Shown here in pieces: positions 60,874 to 64,000 of a DNA stretch of 64,000 nucleotides. Every line of letters starts with the position of its first letter. The first letter of the stretch is position 1. The notes under the pieces were generated by a model that did not search any database, had not been told where the DNA came from, and saw nothing but the letters and a program-made list of their open reading frames with translations. The position numbers were made by a program, and so were the translations under genes. Source of the stretch: Paecilomyces variotii (taxonomy: Eukaryota); the NCBI GenBank assembly GCA_004022145.1, contig RCNU01000013.1, one strand, 5' to 3'.

Positions 60874-62737
60874 CTACGCATTATCATCACAAGCCCAATT
60901 CTTCTGGATCCAGTCTACCATCAAATCTGACAAAGGTCTCGAAGCCATGTAAGGGGCACTATCACGCGACACATTGACTGCTAAGCCCACTTCTTCAGCG
61001 GCGAAGGACAGTTTTGCCTCGATGAAATCGACATATACCAGGTCCACTTCGTCCGGAACCACATTGTTAGGGCTAACAAGAATGCTCAGACATTTCGGTA
61101 CTTGATATTCCTTGATAGGCGAATGTATAGTATCATCACCATCCGAACCTCCTGCGTCGACCGTTGTGTAGCCTGGAATAAGTGGGTAGTTTTCAGAGTC
61201 AAGAATTTGTTGCCCCTTCTGGGATGAAAAGCCTTGTCTTGCTTCTTCGGAGATGAAGTCCTCGTCATAAATTAATTCTTCGGGCTGACCAGATTTCCAA
61301 GTAAGAGCTCCGCTCGGTTTTTTCTTTGATGACTGGTTCAATATAGTTGCAATCTGCTGGGCTTTGCTGTAGGGGACACTAGGCAAAACCCGAAAGCCAC
61401 TCGTGAATGGCGCCACGATGAAGGCTGTATCTTTGGTAAAAGGTCCCTGAAGAATGTCAAATCTAATAGATCCGGTGTTGGCAAGGGCAAAAACCGTCCG
61501 GCGGCCTGACTGATCCTTGATCGAATCATAAACGACTTGTTTGAGCCAAGTATAGATGTTATTTTCCCCAGGGTACGGCACACGAGACATCCAGAGAGAC
61601 CTTGGTACGCATCCATACACCTTGCCAAGTCCCAAAGTATGTCGAGCGTCCGCAATAAGCTGGCTCGTATTCAGTCCCAGCTCCGTAGGAAAGCTCTTGT
61701 CGTCCAAATTGGTATGATGGTGAAATGAGAACAGATTGTTGTCAATATACCTCCGGAAGAAACGTGGAGTATCCAATCTGGCTGGTCCGTGGCGAGTAGC
61801 TAGACCATCTATGGACATGAAGCCAATTGTTTCCATGAATCGACCACTTGCCAAGCCTGCTGCCCTAGAATCATAGAGCGCATAGTCTCGCACATGGAGA
61901 TGGCCACCAAGGTGTTGGATGGGCGTATCACGGATTTCTCTGATCTCGCTGATAATGGACCGAATTTCATATGAATTCACAGGAACATGCCCAGCGACGA
62001 GGAAAAGGTCGATATCTGGTTGTCGGATCGCTTCCTGGAACCAATCCTCCTGTATAGTTTCACCCACCTTATGAACAATCGTGTTATTGGCGTTCTTGTC
62101 AAAGTCGAAAATGAATCCAAACGCCATAATCCGGATGCCTTGGATCTTTGTGGTGAATTTTCTGAATCTTGCAGCAAATGGGACCACTTCTCCCGTGACA
62201 GGATCAATAATATCGAGATTTGAAGCAAGATAGCTCTTGCCAAATGTTGAAGTGGTATTTGTAAATTCTGCTTCAGAAACCTCACGCTTGTAAAGCTCAT
62301 GGTTTCCAATTGTGATCACATCAATTTGCTGCTGTGCAAATATCTCTGGGATGTAAACACATTTGGGCGTTGACGCATCGCAAAGGCCATTTCCATCCAC
62401 TCGGTCACCAGTATCGACAACTAACAGGTCTTGGTCCTGAGCTTCGGCCTTCTGGCGCATGTGATATGCAAACGATATGTAATCACCCCAATCAGCGGAA
62501 TAAGAAGGCCTGTCCTAAAGGTATTAGAAACTTCGGTGATTTAGCACGGAGTGGTACAGCATACTCATGTAAATGCCCCGCAAGCCAGCCATGGGTGTCA
62601 GTGGTGTGCAAGATGTTCAGCTGCCCCCATTGCAAGTCTCGTAATGGAGCTGGAATCGCTCTAGGTGCAGAGGGCTGAATTGCATGGCAAAGCGGTTGAA
62701 ACAAGAGGAAGACGGTTTTCAACGACAGCCTTTTCAT
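60874..62737 (-). CDS. Secreted/vacuolar calcineurin-like metallophosphoesterase (5'-nucleotidase-like, YHR202W type)
   Basis: Signal peptide, [44 protein letters not shown]. Intron about 62510-62564. Confidence 0.9.
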
Positions 62738-63452
62738 GGCACTCTTTTCGTGAAACATGAAGCATAGGACATAAAGGCATAGGTTCCATGTGCCAACCGA
62801 GGTCGGCGGTAATTGCGAATTTATTAGATGACATGTTGTTAGCTCAAAATGGCAAATCGTCTTGTTCAAGGCGCAGGAAAGACCTAACTCTAAGTGTAGT
62901 ACCGATTTAAGAAACCGGGATTACCGCAATGTTCCATCTTGTTTTGAAGCTAGTTTTCGAGCTTCTGGTACAATACGATTACCGGACGCTAGGAGCTGAA
63001 CCAGCGCATGAACTCACCGGGGTCCTTTTTTCCAATGCATTGGCCAGCGGGATCGAGCGGATGATCCCGATCTGCACGAAGTCGATTACTCTGAGTGGGT
63101 ACGTTACGGGTCTTCCGATCTATAACCTCATGGAGAATCTCGGGCAGCACGAAGTTCACGCCACAGTAAACAGGATTCCACTAGCTGATCAAGATTGACT
63201 ATAGATGATCGATGGCTTAGCTGAAGGAGGATCAAGGGACGGCTGCCTTACCATTTGGTCATTTGGTCACGAAATCGTTCATTGAAGGGCACATTTTGAG
63301 TTAGCGTATTATGAAGCATTGCGCCTACTTGAAAATGAGTGCGTTAACGAAGTTAATTAAGCTCGTGGATTGTATTCTGTTCATGTCCTCATGTCAGTGA
63401 GGAACGTCTGAAAGCCGTGGGAAAAAACTGGCACTTGATCGATATCGATACC

Positions 63453-64000
63453 ATGGCTGTCGTTCTTTCTCAAGAACTATATATCCGAAAAGAAGAGAAA
63501 ACCGTCAACACCCTTCTTTCTCCCTTGCCCGAGAGTCCCTCCGTGACTGACATCGTCAGTTTTATCCTCAATCTCCCGATCGATTTGCACCATCTTCAAG
63601 GCTCCGGTGCCGAAGGCCAGTCTGGGTGTTCCATATACTTTGCTCGAGATCGTCGTGATGCCGGTAAAACCGTCGCGGTCGCTAAGGTGTTTCCGCCCTC
63701 TTGTCACTCCGATTACGAGGACGAAGTCTCGAGCCACCAGACGTTGCTATCTCTGCCTGAACCACCCGCCGCAGCTGGTGTGCTTGGATGGAGCAAATGT
63801 ATAGATGACAGGACGGGGCAATGGGCCGAAGTGATTGTTTACCAGCTGGCCCCGGGACAAGCACTCAATACTATGATCCGTGATATTGGGCGCATTACAA
63901 CGGTTCGATATATTTTGGAGCTGGCACAAAATGATGAACAGCTCAGGTTTGATGTGCTGGAGGGCTTTTTTGCCAGCGAGCTGCGTCTGCCCTTGACCGA
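63453..64000 (+). CDS. 5' part of a protein-kinase-like/APH-fold ORF running off the window
   Basis: Stop-free frame from ATG 63453: Gly-rich GSGAEGQSG, VAVAKVF, helix-C EDEV, hinge-like IVYQLAPGQAL. Confidence 0.65.
   Translation, partial: MAVVLSQELYIRKEEKTVNTLLSPLPESPSVTDIVSFILNLPIDLHHLQGSGAEGQSGCSIYFARDRRDAGKTVAVAKVFPPSCHSDYEDEVSSHQTLLSLPEPPAAAGVLGWSKCIDDRTGQWAEVIVYQLAPGQALNTMIRDIGRITTVRYILELAQNDEQLRFDVLEGFFASELRLPLT

Noticed and set aside
1-64000. CRISPR arrays, rRNA, intact transposons, Starship captain, PKS/NRPS
   Set aside because: No repeat-spacer arrays, rRNA motifs, intact transposase or tyrosine recombinase, or megasynthase domains were seen.

Overview
Intron-rich genomic DNA from a filamentous ascomycete, most likely Eurotiales (Aspergillus/Paecilomyces-like, inferred from gene content). 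About 1-43 kb is a housekeeping block: vacuolar subtilase, BEACH protein, tRNA-Ser(AGA), transaldolase, Cu/Zn SOD, Tudor-SN, CRAL-TRIO protein, EMC1, DUF1479 oxidoreductase, peroxisomal SDR, Avt transporter, Bax inhibitor-1 and a RasGEF. It is interrupted by a Tc1/mariner relic next to an APH-like kinase gene, and by a GH5 gene. About 44-64 kb looks accessory: a siderophore transporter with SreA-type boxes, a fatty-acid hydroxylase/sterol desaturase, an alpha/beta hydrolase, an unrecognised 8-Cys secreted prepro-peptide, an F-box/LRR gene, gene relics, an acyltransferase-3, a secreted metallophosphoesterase and a kinase-like ORF running off the end. The best leads are the Cys-rich peptide locus (about 54.6-57.4 kb) and mutually exclusive RNA pairings in the long first intron of sod1. 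Exon boundaries were read by eye and no database searches were run.
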